A DNA stretch of 64,000 nucleotides from Spirochaetia bacterium (GTDB lineage Bacteria > Spirochaetota > Spirochaetia > SZUA-6 > Bin103), in assembly GCA_965203515.1 (NCBI GenBank), contig OZ241907.1, forward strand, positions 3,232,001-3,296,000, read 5' to 3'. Under the pieces are notes generated by a model. It worked only from the letters and a program-made list of their open reading frames with translations. It was not told the origin of the DNA and did no database searches. A program made the translations under genes and the position numbers. Below are positions 29,460 to 39,886 of this stretch, in pieces. Each line of letters starts with the position of its first letter. Position 1 is the first letter of the stretch.

Positions 29460-30632
29460 ATGCAGCGCTTGCGCCTGTTCGTCTTCACCCTGGGCCACTT
29501 CTGCGTCGATTCGTATGCGGCCATGCTCACGCCGGCGTTGCCGTTCGTCCGCGAGCGGCTCGGCCTCACCTTTGCGCAGATCGGTCTGCTCGGCTCCTTC
29601 GTGCAGCTCAGCAACCTGGGCCAGCCGCTGCTGGGCATCCTGGGCGATTACCTGCGCGGCCGCTGGTTGATCTTCGTCGGCCTCGGCTTGGCCGCGGTGT
29701 TCGCGCCGCTGGTCGGCGTGGCCCCCAGCTTCGGCTGGCTGGTGCCCGGCGTGATGCTGGGCGGACTGGGCGTCGCCGCCTTCCACCCCAGCGGCTTCGC
29801 GCTGGCCGGCGACCTCAGCGGTGAGCGCCGCGCGTTCGGGTTGGCCTTGTTCATCTTTGGCGGCACGCTGGCGCTCGGCTTCACGCCGCTGTGGGTGCCG
29901 GCTCTGGTGACCACGCTCGGCATGGGGTGGCTGCCGCTGGCGACGATTCCCGGACTGCTGATGCTGCCGTTCGTGATCGCCGTGGTGCCGGCGCGCACGG
30001 CGCCCCGCTCCGCGCTGCCGGAGCGGGTGGCGGAGTTCCGCCGCGCGATCGCGCCGATCGGCGCGATCGTGGCCGTGGTGATCGTGCGCTCGATCGCCGG
30101 GTTCGGGTTCGCGTTCTTTCTGCCGTTGCTCGGCCAGGAGCGGGGCATGTCGCCGATCGCCTGGGGGCTGGCGCTCAGCGTCTACAACTTGGCCGGGGTG
30201 GTCGGCAGCCTGATCCTGGGCTATCTGGCCGACCGGCGGGATCCCAAGCCGCTGGTGCTGGGGTCGCTGGCGCTGTCGGCGCCGTTCATGCTGCTGGCGC
30301 TGCAGACCGAGGGGTTGGCCACGCTGGCGCTGCTGGCCGGCGGCGGCGTCATGGTATTCGCCACCAACTCGATCCTGGTGGCGATGGCGCAGCAGCACGC
30401 GCCGGCCAACGCCGGCTTCGTCTCCAGCCTGCCGGGCGGCTTCAGTTGGGGCGTGGCCGGGCTCACCATGCCGCTGTTCGGCCTGATCGCCGACGCGGCC
30501 GGCGTGACCGCGGTGATGCGGATCTTGGCGCTGCTGCCGCTGGCCGCGGCGGTGCTCGGCCTGTTGCTGCCGCGGCAGGCGGCGCCGCGGCGGGAGCTGC
30601 GGTCGGCCGGCGCGGAGGCGGCGCGTGGCTGA
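29460..30632 (+). CDS. MFS transporter (Fsr-like)
   Basis: GHFCVD, QPLLG, GVAAFHP; about 12 TM segments. Confidence 0.88.
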   Translation: MQRLRLFVFTLGHFCVDSYAAMLTPALPFVRERLGLTFAQIGLLGSFVQLSNLGQPLLGILGDYLRGRWLIFVGLGLAAVFAPLVGVAPSFGWLVPGVMLGGLGVAAFHPSGFALAGDLSGERRAFGLALFIFGGTLALGFTPLWVPALVTTLGMGWLPLATIPGLLMLPFVIAVVPARTAPRSALPERVAEFRRAIAPIGAIVAVVIVRSIAGFGFAFFLPLLGQERGMSPIAWGLALSVYNLAGVVGSLILGYLADRRDPKPLVLGSLALSAPFMLLALQTEGLATLALLAGGGVMVFATNSILVAMAQQHAPANAGFVSSLPGGFSWGVAGLTMPLFGLIADAAGVTAVMRILALLPLAAAVLGLLLPRQAAPRRELRSAGAEAARG

Positions 30633-31779
30633 CGGCCTGACGCTTCGCTACGGCGCCAATCCGCACCAGACCTACGCGCGCGCCGGTCGCACGGGCGGCC
30701 CGCTCCCGTTCGCGGTCCGCAACGGGGCGCCCGGATACGTCAACCTGCTCGATGCGCTGAACGCCTGGCAGCTCGTGCGCGAGCTGCGCGCCGCCACCGG
30801 TCTTGCCGCCGCCGCCTCCTTCAAGCACGTCAGCCCGGCCGGCGCCGCGGTGGCCGTGCCGCTGTCGGAGGCCGAGCGCGCCGCCTGCTTCGCGCCGCGC
30901 GAGCTGAGCCCGCCGGCGACCGCCTGCGCGCGCGCCCGCGGCGCCGACCGCGTCTGTTCCTACGGGGACTGGATCGCGCTCAGCGATCCGGTCGACGAGG
31001 CGACGGCGCGCCTGATCCGGCCGGAGGTGTCCGACGGCATCATCGCCCCCGGCTACGCGCCGGCCGCGCTGGAACTGCTGGCGGCCAAGAAGGGCGGCGG
31101 CTACCACGTGTTGGAGATCGATGCCGCCTATCGGCCGCCGCCGGTGGAGCGTCGCATGGTGTTCGGCGTGACCCTGGAGCAGTCCCGCAACGACCGCGCC
31201 TTCGACGTGGAGGCGCTGACGGCGGCCGGCCTGCCGGCGGAGGCGGCGCGCGATCTCACGGTCGGCCTGATCGCGCTCAAGTACACGCAATCCAACTCGG
31301 TCTGCCTGTGCGCGCGGGGGCAGACGATCGGCGTGGCCGCCGGGCAGCAGTCGCGCATCCACTGCACGCGGCTTGCCATCGCCAAGGCGCGCACGTGGCT
31401 GCTGCGCCAGCATCCGCAGGCGCTCGCGCTGCGCTTCCGGCGCGGCGTGCGCCGGGCGGATCGGGATACCGCGATCGCCTGTTACGTGGAGCGGGGTCTG
31501 AGCGGCGCGGGCGGCCGGGCGCTGGCGGGCCATCTGCAGGAACGGCCCGAGCCGATCGCCGCGGACGACGAGCGGCGCTGGATCGGCCGCTTTCCGGCGC
31601 TCGGCCTCTGCTCGGACGGGTTCTTCCCGCACCGCGACAATGTCGACGCAGCCGGCGCGTTCGGCGTGCGCTACATCGCCCAGCCCGGCGGCTCGGCCTT
31701 CGACGCCGACGTGGAGGAGGCATGCCGCGAATACGGCATCGTCATGGTCAAGACCGGCGTGCGCCTCTTCCACCACTGA
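30625..31779 (+). CDS. purH: AICAR formyltransferase (PurH transformylase domain only)
   Basis: LRYGANPHQ, SFKHVSPAG, KYTQSNS, SDGFFP, QPGGS, RLFHH; no IMP cyclohydrolase domain. Confidence 0.88.
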   Translation: MADGLTLRYGANPHQTYARAGRTGGPLPFAVRNGAPGYVNLLDALNAWQLVRELRAATGLAAAASFKHVSPAGAAVAVPLSEAERAACFAPRELSPPATACARARGADRVCSYGDWIALSDPVDEATARLIRPEVSDGIIAPGYAPAALELLAAKKGGGYHVLEIDAAYRPPPVERRMVFGVTLEQSRNDRAFDVEALTAAGLPAEAARDLTVGLIALKYTQSNSVCLCARGQTIGVAAGQQSRIHCTRLAIAKARTWLLRQHPQALALRFRRGVRRADRDTAIACYVERGLSGAGGRALAGHLQERPEPIAADDERRWIGRFPALGLCSDGFFPHRDNVDAAGAFGVRYIAQPGGSAFDADVEEACREYGIVMVKTGVRLFHH

Positions 31780-31828
31780 TCCGCTGGCAGCCGTGCAGGG
31801 CGGACGGTTTGCCCATGGGGCGCGTGAT

Positions 31829-32860
31829 CTACTCGGCGTCTCCGGCCAGCAACAGCGCCAGCTCGGCCATTCGGTGGGAGAAGCCGACCTCGTTGTCGTA
31901 GAAGCTGGTCGCCTTCACCAGGGTGCCGCCGCCGGCCGGGACGGCCAGCAGGTCGTCGCGTATCATCGACGAGTAGGGCTCGCCCACGCAGTCGCGCGAG
32001 CACTCGTAGTAGTCGCCCAGGCAGGCGATCTGGCCCAGGATGGTCGAGGCGTTCATCGCCGCGATGTTGGCCTGCATCGCCGCCATCACCTCGTCGGCGT
32101 CGTGCTGCCCCTCGATCAGGAACACCGCCTCCACCACGCTGCCGGTGTCGGTCGGCACGCGCAACGCGGTACCGTTCAGCTTGCCGTTCAGGTGCGGGAG
32201 CACCTTGCCGACCGCCTTGGCCGCGCCCGTGGAGGCGGGAATGATGTTGTTCAGCGTTGCCCGGTTCTTGCTGCCGCCGAACGCGTCCACGACCTTCTGG
32301 GTCGCCGTCGCCGCGTGCGTGGTGCTCATCAGGCCGGCGGCGATCGGGAAGGAGCGGTCGATCACCGCCGCCAGCGGCGCCAGGCAGTTGGTGGTGCAGC
32401 TCGCGTTGGAGACGATCGTCTCCGCGCCGGTGAGCGATGCATGGTTGACCCCGACGACCACGGTCGGCGTGTCGTCATCGCACGGCGCCGAGACCACCAC
32501 CCGGCGCGCGCCGGCTCGCAGGTGGGCGGCGCTCCGTTCGCGGCTGAGATAGAACCCCGTGCACTCGAACACCACGTCGACGCCGTGATCGCCCCACGGG
32601 ACCGCGGCGGCGTCCTGCTCGCCATAGATCGCCACGTGGTGATCGCCGATGCGGATCGCGTTCCCCGACCCACGCTCGACCGGCGCCGGGAAGCGGCCGT
32701 ACACCGAATCGCGCGGCAGGCTGGCGGCGATGTCGTCCGCCGGCACCAGATCGTTGCCGGCGACGATCTCGAACCGCTCCGGCAGCCGCCCCAGGATCAC
32801 GCGCATCACGTTCTTGCCGATGCGCCCCATGCCGTTGAATCCGACCCTCAGCTTGCCCAT
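31829..32860 (-). CDS. gap: Glyceraldehyde-3-phosphate dehydrogenase type I
   Basis: NGMGRIG, SNASCTTNCLAP, STGAAKA, YDNE. Confidence 0.92.
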   Translation of the reverse strand: MGKLRVGFNGMGRIGKNVMRVILGRLPERFEIVAGNDLVPADDIAASLPRDSVYGRFPAPVERGSGNAIRIGDHHVAIYGEQDAAAVPWGDHGVDVVFECTGFYLSRERSAAHLRAGARRVVVSAPCDDDTPTVVVGVNHASLTGAETIVSNASCTTNCLAPLAAVIDRSFPIAAGLMSTTHAATATQKVVDAFGGSKNRATLNNIIPASTGAAKAVGKVLPHLNGKLNGTALRVPTDTGSVVEAVFLIEGQHDADEVMAAMQANIAAMNASTILGQIACLGDYYECSRDCVGEPYSSMIRDDLLAVPAGGGTLVKATSFYDNEVGFSHRMAELALLLAGDAE

Positions 32861-32909
32861 CGAACCGAACATAGGAGCCGGCGTCCGGCGCTGTCAACCG
32901 GCTCAGCCG

Positions 32910-33110
32910 TCAAGGCCGATACGCCAACCGTTGCCGCCGGCGTTTCTGAGGCTTGGTTGCTGAAGATACCGAACTTATGGTGGCTCCCGTATCCAGCAAT
33001 GCACGAAAGGTCTCCACGTCTTCCGGGTCTTTATCGTCCAACGATGGTTTGGAAACGTTGACGTTCACGAGGATCCGACGATGGTCGATCGATCCGAAGA
33101 ATGAGGGCAA
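32910..33110 (-). pseudogene. Truncated retropepsin-like aspartyl protease
   Basis: FRALLDTGAT catalytic motif; similarity is lost shortly after it. Confidence 0.6.
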
Positions 33111-33114
33111 CTCG

Positions 33115-33384
33115 CTACTCGATCGAAACCGGTTCGGTGTACAAGGTAGCGGCACCGAGAGTGGCAGGTGGTTCGCCGATCTTCTTGATGGAAAAGCGCC
33201 CCTCACCGAAACGTTCTTGGCCAACGAGATACGCATCCCACCGGTCGTTGAATACATTCACGAGATTTCCCTCGTGAAGCAAGGCGAAACGGCCGCCACT
33301 CGTACGTTCGAGTTCTTTTTGTATTGCTTGGTATGCCTCGATGTTTCGCTTCAGTTCATGCATCGCTTCGCTATCGTTAGCCAT
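33115..33384 (-). CDS. Small DUF5678-like protein
   Basis: 89 aa, GRFALLHEG..DAYLVG..FSIKKIG; immediately upstream of the protease fragment. Confidence 0.65.
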   Translation of the reverse strand: MANDSEAMHELKRNIEAYQAIQKELERTSGGRFALLHEGNLVNVFNDRWDAYLVGQERFGEGRFSIKKIGEPPATLGAATLYTEPVSIE

Positions 33385-33603
33385 CGTGTAGTATCCTGTC
33401 CAAAGTCAGCCGTAACTCAGGGGCTCAAGTCGGCCGACGCCGGCCGCTCTCGTCGTCTCACCGTATGGTTTCGTTGATTCCGCTGTCCAGGTCAACCCGG
33501 CCGGCTGCACTGGATTGGGTGCAAGCTGCGGTGAGCGAGGTGCCGCGGACGATGGTGATGCTCATCCGATACCGGTGCGCGTCAGCATGGTAGAATCCGG
33601 GCC

Positions 33604-35907
33604 GTGGACACGCAACCGGCCGGGCGGACGGCGCCGGCAAGCGTCGGCGCGCCGACGCCGCTCATCGACGGGGAGGCGCGGGTGCGCGGGCGCCTCCGCT
33701 TCACGGCGGACTACATCGAGCCGCGCACGCTGGCCATGCGGCTGGTGGTGAGCCCGTACGCGCACGCGCGCGTGCGGTCGATCGATACCGGCGCCGCCGG
33801 CGCGGTGCCCGGCGTGGTGCGCGTGCTGACCGCCGCCGATCTGCCGGACGTGACGCCCACCAACCGCGTGCGGCTGCTGCTGGCGCGCGAGCGGGCGCTG
33901 TTCGTGGGCCATCCGGTCGCGCTGGTGATCGCCGCCTCCGAGGCGGCGGCCGAAGACGGCGTGGACGCGGTCATGGTCGACTACGAACCGCTGCCGGCGG
34001 TCACCACGATCGACGCGGCCGCCCGGCCCGGCGCCCCGCTGGTGTGGCCGGACGGCATGCCGGGCGAGGACCTGGAGGCGGCCGACCACGGCGCCGACGT
34101 CGACGGGGCCGCCGCCGGCCCGGCAGCCCCGTCCAACGTCGCCAACCCCGTCGGCTTTCAACGCGGCGACGCGGACGCCGCCCTGCGCTCCGCCTGCCGG
34201 ACCGTCGACCTCACCTTCGAGATCGACCGGGTCCACCAGAGCTATCTGGAGCCGCACGCCACGATCGCCGCGCCCGACGGCGCGCGCGGCGCTACGGTAT
34301 GGAGCGCGTCGCAGGCGCCCACCTACGTCCAGAAGGAGTCTGCCGCCCTGCTGGGCGTTCCGGCGGCCGACGTCGACGCCAAGGTGATGCACGTGGGCGG
34401 CGGCTTCGGCGGCAAGTTCATCCTGTACGAGCCGCTGGTGGCGGCGGCCGCGCGCGCGGTCGACGCGCCGGTGCACCTCGTCATGACGCGGCGCGAGGAA
34501 CTGCTGGCCGCGCAGCCGGCGGCCGGCGGTCGCATCCGCATCCGGCTCGGCGCCGGCGCGGACGGCGCGCTGACGGCGATCAAGGCGGACCTGACCTACG
34601 ACGGCGGCTGCTTCCCGACGGCGCCGGCCGGTATCGGCGTGCAGATGTGCGGCAGCATCTACCAGGCGCCCAACATCGACGTCCGCGGCCGCACGGTGAT
34701 GACGCACAAGCCGTCGATCGGCGCGTACCGCGCGCCCGGCATGGTGCAACAGGCGTTCGCGCTGGAGAGCGCCATGGACGAGCTGGCGATCGCCCTGGAG
34801 ATCGACCCGCTGGAGCTGCGCCTGCGCAACGTCTCCCGCGCCGGCGATCCGCTGGCGGACGGCGGCGCGTGGCCGGACATCGGCATGCGGGAGGTGCTGG
34901 AGACCTTGCGCGCGCATCCGCTCTGGCAGCAACGCGGCCGGCCGGACGCCGAGGGGCGCGGCGTCGGCGTGGCGCTCGGCGCCTGGTTCGGCGGCGTCGA
35001 CGCCAGCAACGCCGGCTGCACGGTCGAGGAGGACGGCGGCATCACCGTGCACGTGAACGCCGTCGACCTGACCGGCGTCGGCACCAGCGTGGTGCTGCTG
35101 GCGGCCGAGGAGATCGGCGTCAGCCCGGATGCGGTGCGCGTGCGGTGGCAGGGGCAGGTGGACGGCCCCTACCACCTCTCCAACGCCGGCGGCAGCAAGA
35201 CGCTCAGAACCGTGGGGCCGGCGGTGATCGCGGCCGCCCGCGACGCCAGGGAGCAGCTCTTCCGCGTGGCCGCCGCGCATCTGGAGGCGGACGCGGCCGA
35301 CCTGGAGATCGCCGCCGGCGCGGTGCGCGTCAAGGGCGTGCCGGAGTCGGCGGTGCCGATCGGCGAGCTGGCCGCCTTGCGGGCCCTGCACGGCCCCATC
35401 GCCGGCCACGGCCGCAGCGCCCCGGGCGGGCGCGCCCCGGCTTTCTGCGGCCAGCTGGCCGAGGTGAGCGTGGACGAGGAGACCGGCCGGGTGACGGTGC
35501 ACCGCGTCGTGATGGCGCAGGACGTAGGCCGGGCGATCAACCCGCTGACGGTCGCCGGGCAGATGATGGGCGGCGCTGCGCAGGGGGCCGGCTGGGCGCT
35601 CTGCGAGCGGCTGGTCTACGATGAGGACGGCCAGCTCCTCACCGGGACGCTCATGGACTACGCAGTGCCGTCCGCCAAGGACGTACCGCCAATCGAGACG
35701 CTGCTGGTGGAACGGCCGTCCGACCACGCCCCGCACGGCGCGCGCGGCGTGGGTGAACCGCCGATCATCGCCACCGCCGCGGCGATCGCCAACGCGGTCC
35801 GGCACGGCAGCGGCCGGCGGGTCACCGCCGCGCCGCTCACCCCCGGCCGCGTACTCGCCGTCGAGCCGGTGGAGGAGGAGGTGGTGGAGGCGGCCGTTTC
35901 TGCCTGA
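33604..35907 (+). CDS. Xanthine dehydrogenase family molybdopterin-binding subunit
   Basis: SPYAHA, HQSYLEPH, GGGFGGK, AYRAPG, DVGRAINP, GVGEP. Confidence 0.92.
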   Translation: MDTQPAGRTAPASVGAPTPLIDGEARVRGRLRFTADYIEPRTLAMRLVVSPYAHARVRSIDTGAAGAVPGVVRVLTAADLPDVTPTNRVRLLLARERALFVGHPVALVIAASEAAAEDGVDAVMVDYEPLPAVTTIDAAARPGAPLVWPDGMPGEDLEAADHGADVDGAAAGPAAPSNVANPVGFQRGDADAALRSACRTVDLTFEIDRVHQSYLEPHATIAAPDGARGATVWSASQAPTYVQKESAALLGVPAADVDAKVMHVGGGFGGKFILYEPLVAAAARAVDAPVHLVMTRREELLAAQPAAGGRIRIRLGAGADGALTAIKADLTYDGGCFPTAPAGIGVQMCGSIYQAPNIDVRGRTVMTHKPSIGAYRAPGMVQQAFALESAMDELAIALEIDPLELRLRNVSRAGDPLADGGAWPDIGMREVLETLRAHPLWQQRGRPDAEGRGVGVALGAWFGGVDASNAGCTVEEDGGITVHVNAVDLTGVGTSVVLLAAEEIGVSPDAVRVRWQGQVDGPYHLSNAGGSKTLRTVGPAVIAAARDAREQLFRVAAAHLEADAADLEIAAGAVRVKGVPESAVPIGELAALRALHGPIAGHGRSAPGGRAPAFCGQLAEVSVDEETGRVTVHRVVMAQDVGRAINPLTVAGQMMGGAAQGAGWALCERLVYDEDGQLLTGTLMDYAVPSAKDVPPIETLLVERPSDHAPHGARGVGEPPIIATAAAIANAVRHGSGRRVTAAPLTPGRVLAVEPVEEEVVEAAVSA

Positions 35908-36883
35908 CCGGCCGGCGCCGGCCGAACCGCCGCCGGCGCTCCCGTCGCGCCTGGTCCTGGGCACCGCCGGGCTCGCCCGGCACGCCGCGGCGTTGCCGGG
36001 CTCGGTGCGCGGACCGCAGGCGCTGGCGCTTCTGGACCACGCGTTCGACCTGGGCATCCGGGCGCTCGATACCGCCGCGATCTATCAGCTCGGCGGCAGC
36101 GAGCGTCTGATCGGCGAGTGGTTGCGGCGCGCCGGGACCCGCGACCGGATCTACCTGATCAGCAAGGGCGGCCACCCGTCGCTCCTCGGTCGGCCGCGGT
36201 TGCGGCGGGGCGACCTGGAGCGCGATCTGCAGGCTTCGCTGCGGCGATTGCGCACCGATCGTCTGGACCTCTACCTGCTGCACCGGGACGCGCCCGGAGC
36301 GCCGCTTCAGCCGATCGCGGAGACCCTCTGGTCGTTCGTCGCCGGCGGGCGCGTTCGCGCCTACGGGGTCTCCAACTGGTCCCATGAGCGGTTCGCGGCG
36401 CTGCGCGCGCTGGCGGTGAGCCGGGGAATGCCGCCGCCGACCGCCAGCAGCCCGCAGTTCAGCCTGCCGCAGTGGGTGGCGACGCCCTACCCGGGCTGTC
36501 TGTCGATCGGCGGGCCGGCCGGCGCCGGGGCGCTGCGCGCGTACCGGGCGGCCGGCGTCGCGGTGCTGGCCTGGTCGCCGCTCGGCAGCGGCTGGTTGCG
36601 CGCGCCCGGCGGCCGCGCGCGCAGCCGGGCGTACCGGGGCGGCGCCAACGACGCGCGCCATCGCCGCCTCGTGGCGCTGGCCGAACGGATCGGCTGCACG
36701 CCGGCGCAGGCCGCGCTCGCCTGGGTGCTCGCCCACGGCAGCAACCTGCATGCGATCGTCGGCACGCGGAGGCCGGAACGGCTGGCCGAGCTGCTGGAGG
36801 CGGTGGAGCTGACGCTCGGCCCGGAGCAGCTCGCGTGGCTGTCGGCCGGCGGCGGCCGGAGCGCCATGGCGGCCGGTCCGTGA
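35900..36883 (+). CDS. Aldo/keto reductase (probable CTG start)
   Basis: SRLVLGT, DTAAIY, SKGGHP, LLHRD, GVSNW, AWSPL. Confidence 0.85.
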   Translation: MPDRPAPAEPPPALPSRLVLGTAGLARHAAALPGSVRGPQALALLDHAFDLGIRALDTAAIYQLGGSERLIGEWLRRAGTRDRIYLISKGGHPSLLGRPRLRRGDLERDLQASLRRLRTDRLDLYLLHRDAPGAPLQPIAETLWSFVAGGRVRAYGVSNWSHERFAALRALAVSRGMPPPTASSPQFSLPQWVATPYPGCLSIGGPAGAGALRAYRAAGVAVLAWSPLGSGWLRAPGGRARSRAYRGGANDARHRRLVALAERIGCTPAQAALAWVLAHGSNLHAIVGTRRPERLAELLEAVELTLGPEQLAWLSAGGGRSAMAAGP

Positions 36884-38562
36884 ACCGCGCGAACGACGCC
36901 GACGCGATCGTGGTCGGGTCCGGCGCCGCCGGCGGCTGGGCGGCCAAGGAGCTGACCGAGGCGGGGCTGCGCGTGCTGCTGCTGGAAGCGGGGCCGGAGC
37001 GAACGCCGGCCGGCGCCGGCCGGGCGTGGGCGACGCGGTTGTGGCGGCACGCCCGCGGCGTCCAGCCGGTGCAGGAGCTGCACGTCAAGTACTGGACCGA
37101 GGACCCCGACCTCTTCGTGAAGGACGTGGAGCAGGGATACTCCACGCCGCCGGACCGGCCGTTCGTCTGGATACGCGGCCGGCAGCTCGGCGGGCGTACG
37201 CTGCTCTGGGGCGGCGTGACGCTGCGGCTGTCCGACTATGAGCTGACGGCTGCCGAGCGGGACGGCTGCGGGCCGTCGTGGCCGATCCGCTACCGCGATC
37301 TGGCGCCCCATTACGACCGGGTGGAGCGCTTCCTGCGCATCCACGGCACGCGGGAGGGCTTGCCGCAGCTGCCGGACGGGCGGTTCGTGGGGGCGCGGCC
37401 GTTGACGCGGGCGGAGCGCCGGCTGGGCGACGGGGTGGCGGCGGTCTGGCCGGACCGGCGTCTGATCCCGTCGCGCGGGTTGGCAGTGGAGCGTCACGGC
37501 GGCCGCGAGCCGCGCTTGAGCAGCGTGGCCACCAGCATCGCGGCGGCGCGGGCGACCGGCCGGCTGCGGGTGCGAACCGGCGCGGCGGTCAGCCACCTCA
37601 TCCCCGGCGGCCGCGCGGGGGGCGCCGGGGGGGTGCTGTTCGTGGACGCCGCCACCGGCGCGGCGCAGGCGGCGCGGGCCGGCCTGATAGTGCTGTGCGC
37701 CTCCACGATCGAGACGATTCGCATTCTGCTCACCACCCGGCAGGAGCATCCCGAGCTGCCGGTGAGCGAGTCGGACTGCCTGGGCCGCTACCTGATGGAT
37801 CACGTGGTTCTGGGGACCGCGGTGGCGGTGGACGGCGTCCCGTACGATCGGCCGGCGGCGTTGACGGGCGCCGACTCGTTCCTGGTGCCGAGGTTTCAGA
37901 ATCTGGCCCCGACCGGCGCCGAACCGTATCTGCGCGGCTACGGCTTGTGGGGCGTGATCCAGCGCCGAGGCTTTGCCGGCCGCCGCGGCCGGCCGGCGCT
38001 CGGGCTGGTGATCGCGCAGGGGGAGATGCTGCCGCGGAGGGACAACCGGGTGGAGCTGGACGGGGGCCGCGGCGGCGACGGGCTGACCGGCGTGCGCGTC
38101 AGTTGCGCGTGGGGAGAAAACGATCGGGCGATGCATCACGCCATGGGCGCGGCGGTCGAGGAGATGGTGCGCGCCGGCGGCGGGCGCACGGTGCGGAGAT
38201 TCGGGGGGCTCGCCGGGCTGCCGGGTCTGCTGGGGTTGCCGGCGAGGCTGGAGCGGTTCTGGGTGGCGCCGCCGCCGGGAGCGTTCGTGCACGAGGTGGG
38301 CGGCGCGCGCATGGGCAGCGATCCGGGCGCGGCGGTGGTCGATGGGCGCAACCGGTGCTGGGGGATGCCGAACGTGCTGGTCACCGACGGGGCCTGCTGG
38401 CCTACCTCTGGCTGGCAGAGCCCGACGCTGACGATCATGGCGCTGACCGCGCGGGCGTGCGCGCTGGCGGCGGCCGATCTGCGCCGCGGCGAGCTGCGCG
38501 CGGGCCTGGACGCCCCGCCCGCCGGGACCTGGCTGCCCGCCGGCAAGGCGGCGCAGGGCTGA
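36880..38562 (+). CDS. GMC family oxidoreductase
   Basis: VVGSGAAGG, GGRTLLWG, GRYLMDH, HEVGGARMG, PTLTIMAL; GTGA-coupled. Confidence 0.92.
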   Translation: MNRANDADAIVVGSGAAGGWAAKELTEAGLRVLLLEAGPERTPAGAGRAWATRLWRHARGVQPVQELHVKYWTEDPDLFVKDVEQGYSTPPDRPFVWIRGRQLGGRTLLWGGVTLRLSDYELTAAERDGCGPSWPIRYRDLAPHYDRVERFLRIHGTREGLPQLPDGRFVGARPLTRAERRLGDGVAAVWPDRRLIPSRGLAVERHGGREPRLSSVATSIAAARATGRLRVRTGAAVSHLIPGGRAGGAGGVLFVDAATGAAQAARAGLIVLCASTIETIRILLTTRQEHPELPVSESDCLGRYLMDHVVLGTAVAVDGVPYDRPAALTGADSFLVPRFQNLAPTGAEPYLRGYGLWGVIQRRGFAGRRGRPALGLVIAQGEMLPRRDNRVELDGGRGGDGLTGVRVSCAWGENDRAMHHAMGAAVEEMVRAGGGRTVRRFGGLAGLPGLLGLPARLERFWVAPPPGAFVHEVGGARMGSDPGAAVVDGRNRCWGMPNVLVTDGACWPTSGWQSPTLTIMALTARACALAAADLRRGELRAGLDAPPAGTWLPAGKAAQG

Positions 38563-38590
38563 GCGGCGGCCGGCGGCGGCAGGAACCTCG

Positions 38591-39886
38591 ATGCGCATCG
38601 CGATCGTCGCCATCGGCTCCTGGGGCGACGTGGGCCCGCTCATCGCGCTCGGCGCCGGACTGGCCGGCGCCGGCTACCGGGTGGTGCTGGTCACGCACGC
38701 CGCCTATGCGTCCGACGTCGGCCGCGCCGGCCTCGACTTCGCGCCGCTGAGCGGCGATCCGCTGGCGATTCCGGAGGCCGAGGACGGCCGGCAATGGCTG
38801 GAGTCGGGCGGCAACGGGCTGCGGTTCGCCGCGGATCTGATTCGCATCGCCCGCCCGCTGCTGCGCGTGGTGCTGCAGGAGGCGCATGCCGCCTGCAGCG
38901 CCTGCGCGGCGATCCTGCACACGCCGTTCGCGTCGTTCGCCGCCCACGTCGCCGAACGCCTGGAGGTGCCGAGCATCGTCGTCGGCCAGCAGCCGGTGAC
39001 CAGGACCGGCGAATGGCCGGCGTTCCTGATCCCGCAGGGCGCGCGGCTCGGCCGTTACGGCAACCGGCTGTCGTATCGGCTGATGGAGCAGGCGCTGTGG
39101 CTGCCGTACCGGTCGCGGTACCAGCGGTGGCGCCGCGGCGTCGGCCTGCCCGGCGCCGGGCCGTTCGGGCCGGCCGGCCGGCTCTATACCGGCCGCGTGC
39201 CGGTGCTGTACGGCTTCAGCCGCCTGGTGGTGCCGCCGCCGGCCGACTGGCCGGCGTGGCACCACGCCACCGGCTACTGGCCGGCGCCGCGGCGTGACGC
39301 CTGGAGCCGCGCTGACGCCCAGGTCGCCGCGTTCCTGCGTGCCGGGCCGCCGCCGGTGTTCGTGAGCTTCGGCAGCATGACCACCCGCGATCCGGCGCGC
39401 GTGCTGGCGCAGGTCGTCGGCGCGTTGCGCCGCGCCGGCCGCCGCGGACTGCTGGCGACCGCCGCCGGCGCGCTCCCGCCGCGGCGGCTGGCGCCGGACG
39501 TGCTGATCACGGAAGGATTTTCCCATGCGCGCGCCCTGCCGGGGGCGGCGGCTGCCGTGCATCACGGCGGCGCCGGCACGGCGGCCGCCAGCCTCACGGC
39601 CGGCGTTCCCACGGTAGTCGTCCCGTTCTTCGCCGATCAGTTCTTCTGGGGACGGCGGGTGGCGGCGCTGGGGGTCGGACCGGCTCCCCTGCCGATGGCC
39701 GAGCTCGACGCCGCGCGGTTGGCCGGCCGGCTCCGGGCCGTGCTAGCATCGCCGTCGATGCGGGAGCGGGCGGCCGATCTGGGCGCGCGGCTGCGCGCCG
39801 AAGACGGCGTGGCGGCGGCGGTGCGGCTGATCGACCGCTATCTGGGAACGCGCCGGGAGGCGCTTGGCCGGGCGGCGCGTGGCTGA
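38591..39886 (+). CDS. GT1 glycosyltransferase (sterol 3-beta-glucosyltransferase-like)
   Basis: GSWGDVGP, FGSM, HHGGAGT, PFFADQFFWG. Confidence 0.88.
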   Translation: MRIAIVAIGSWGDVGPLIALGAGLAGAGYRVVLVTHAAYASDVGRAGLDFAPLSGDPLAIPEAEDGRQWLESGGNGLRFAADLIRIARPLLRVVLQEAHAACSACAAILHTPFASFAAHVAERLEVPSIVVGQQPVTRTGEWPAFLIPQGARLGRYGNRLSYRLMEQALWLPYRSRYQRWRRGVGLPGAGPFGPAGRLYTGRVPVLYGFSRLVVPPPADWPAWHHATGYWPAPRRDAWSRADAQVAAFLRAGPPPVFVSFGSMTTRDPARVLAQVVGALRRAGRRGLLATAAGALPPRRLAPDVLITEGFSHARALPGAAAAVHHGGAGTAAASLTAGVPTVVVPFFADQFFWGRRVAALGVGPAPLPMAELDAARLAGRLRAVLASPSMRERAADLGARLRAEDGVAAAVRLIDRYLGTRREALGRAARG

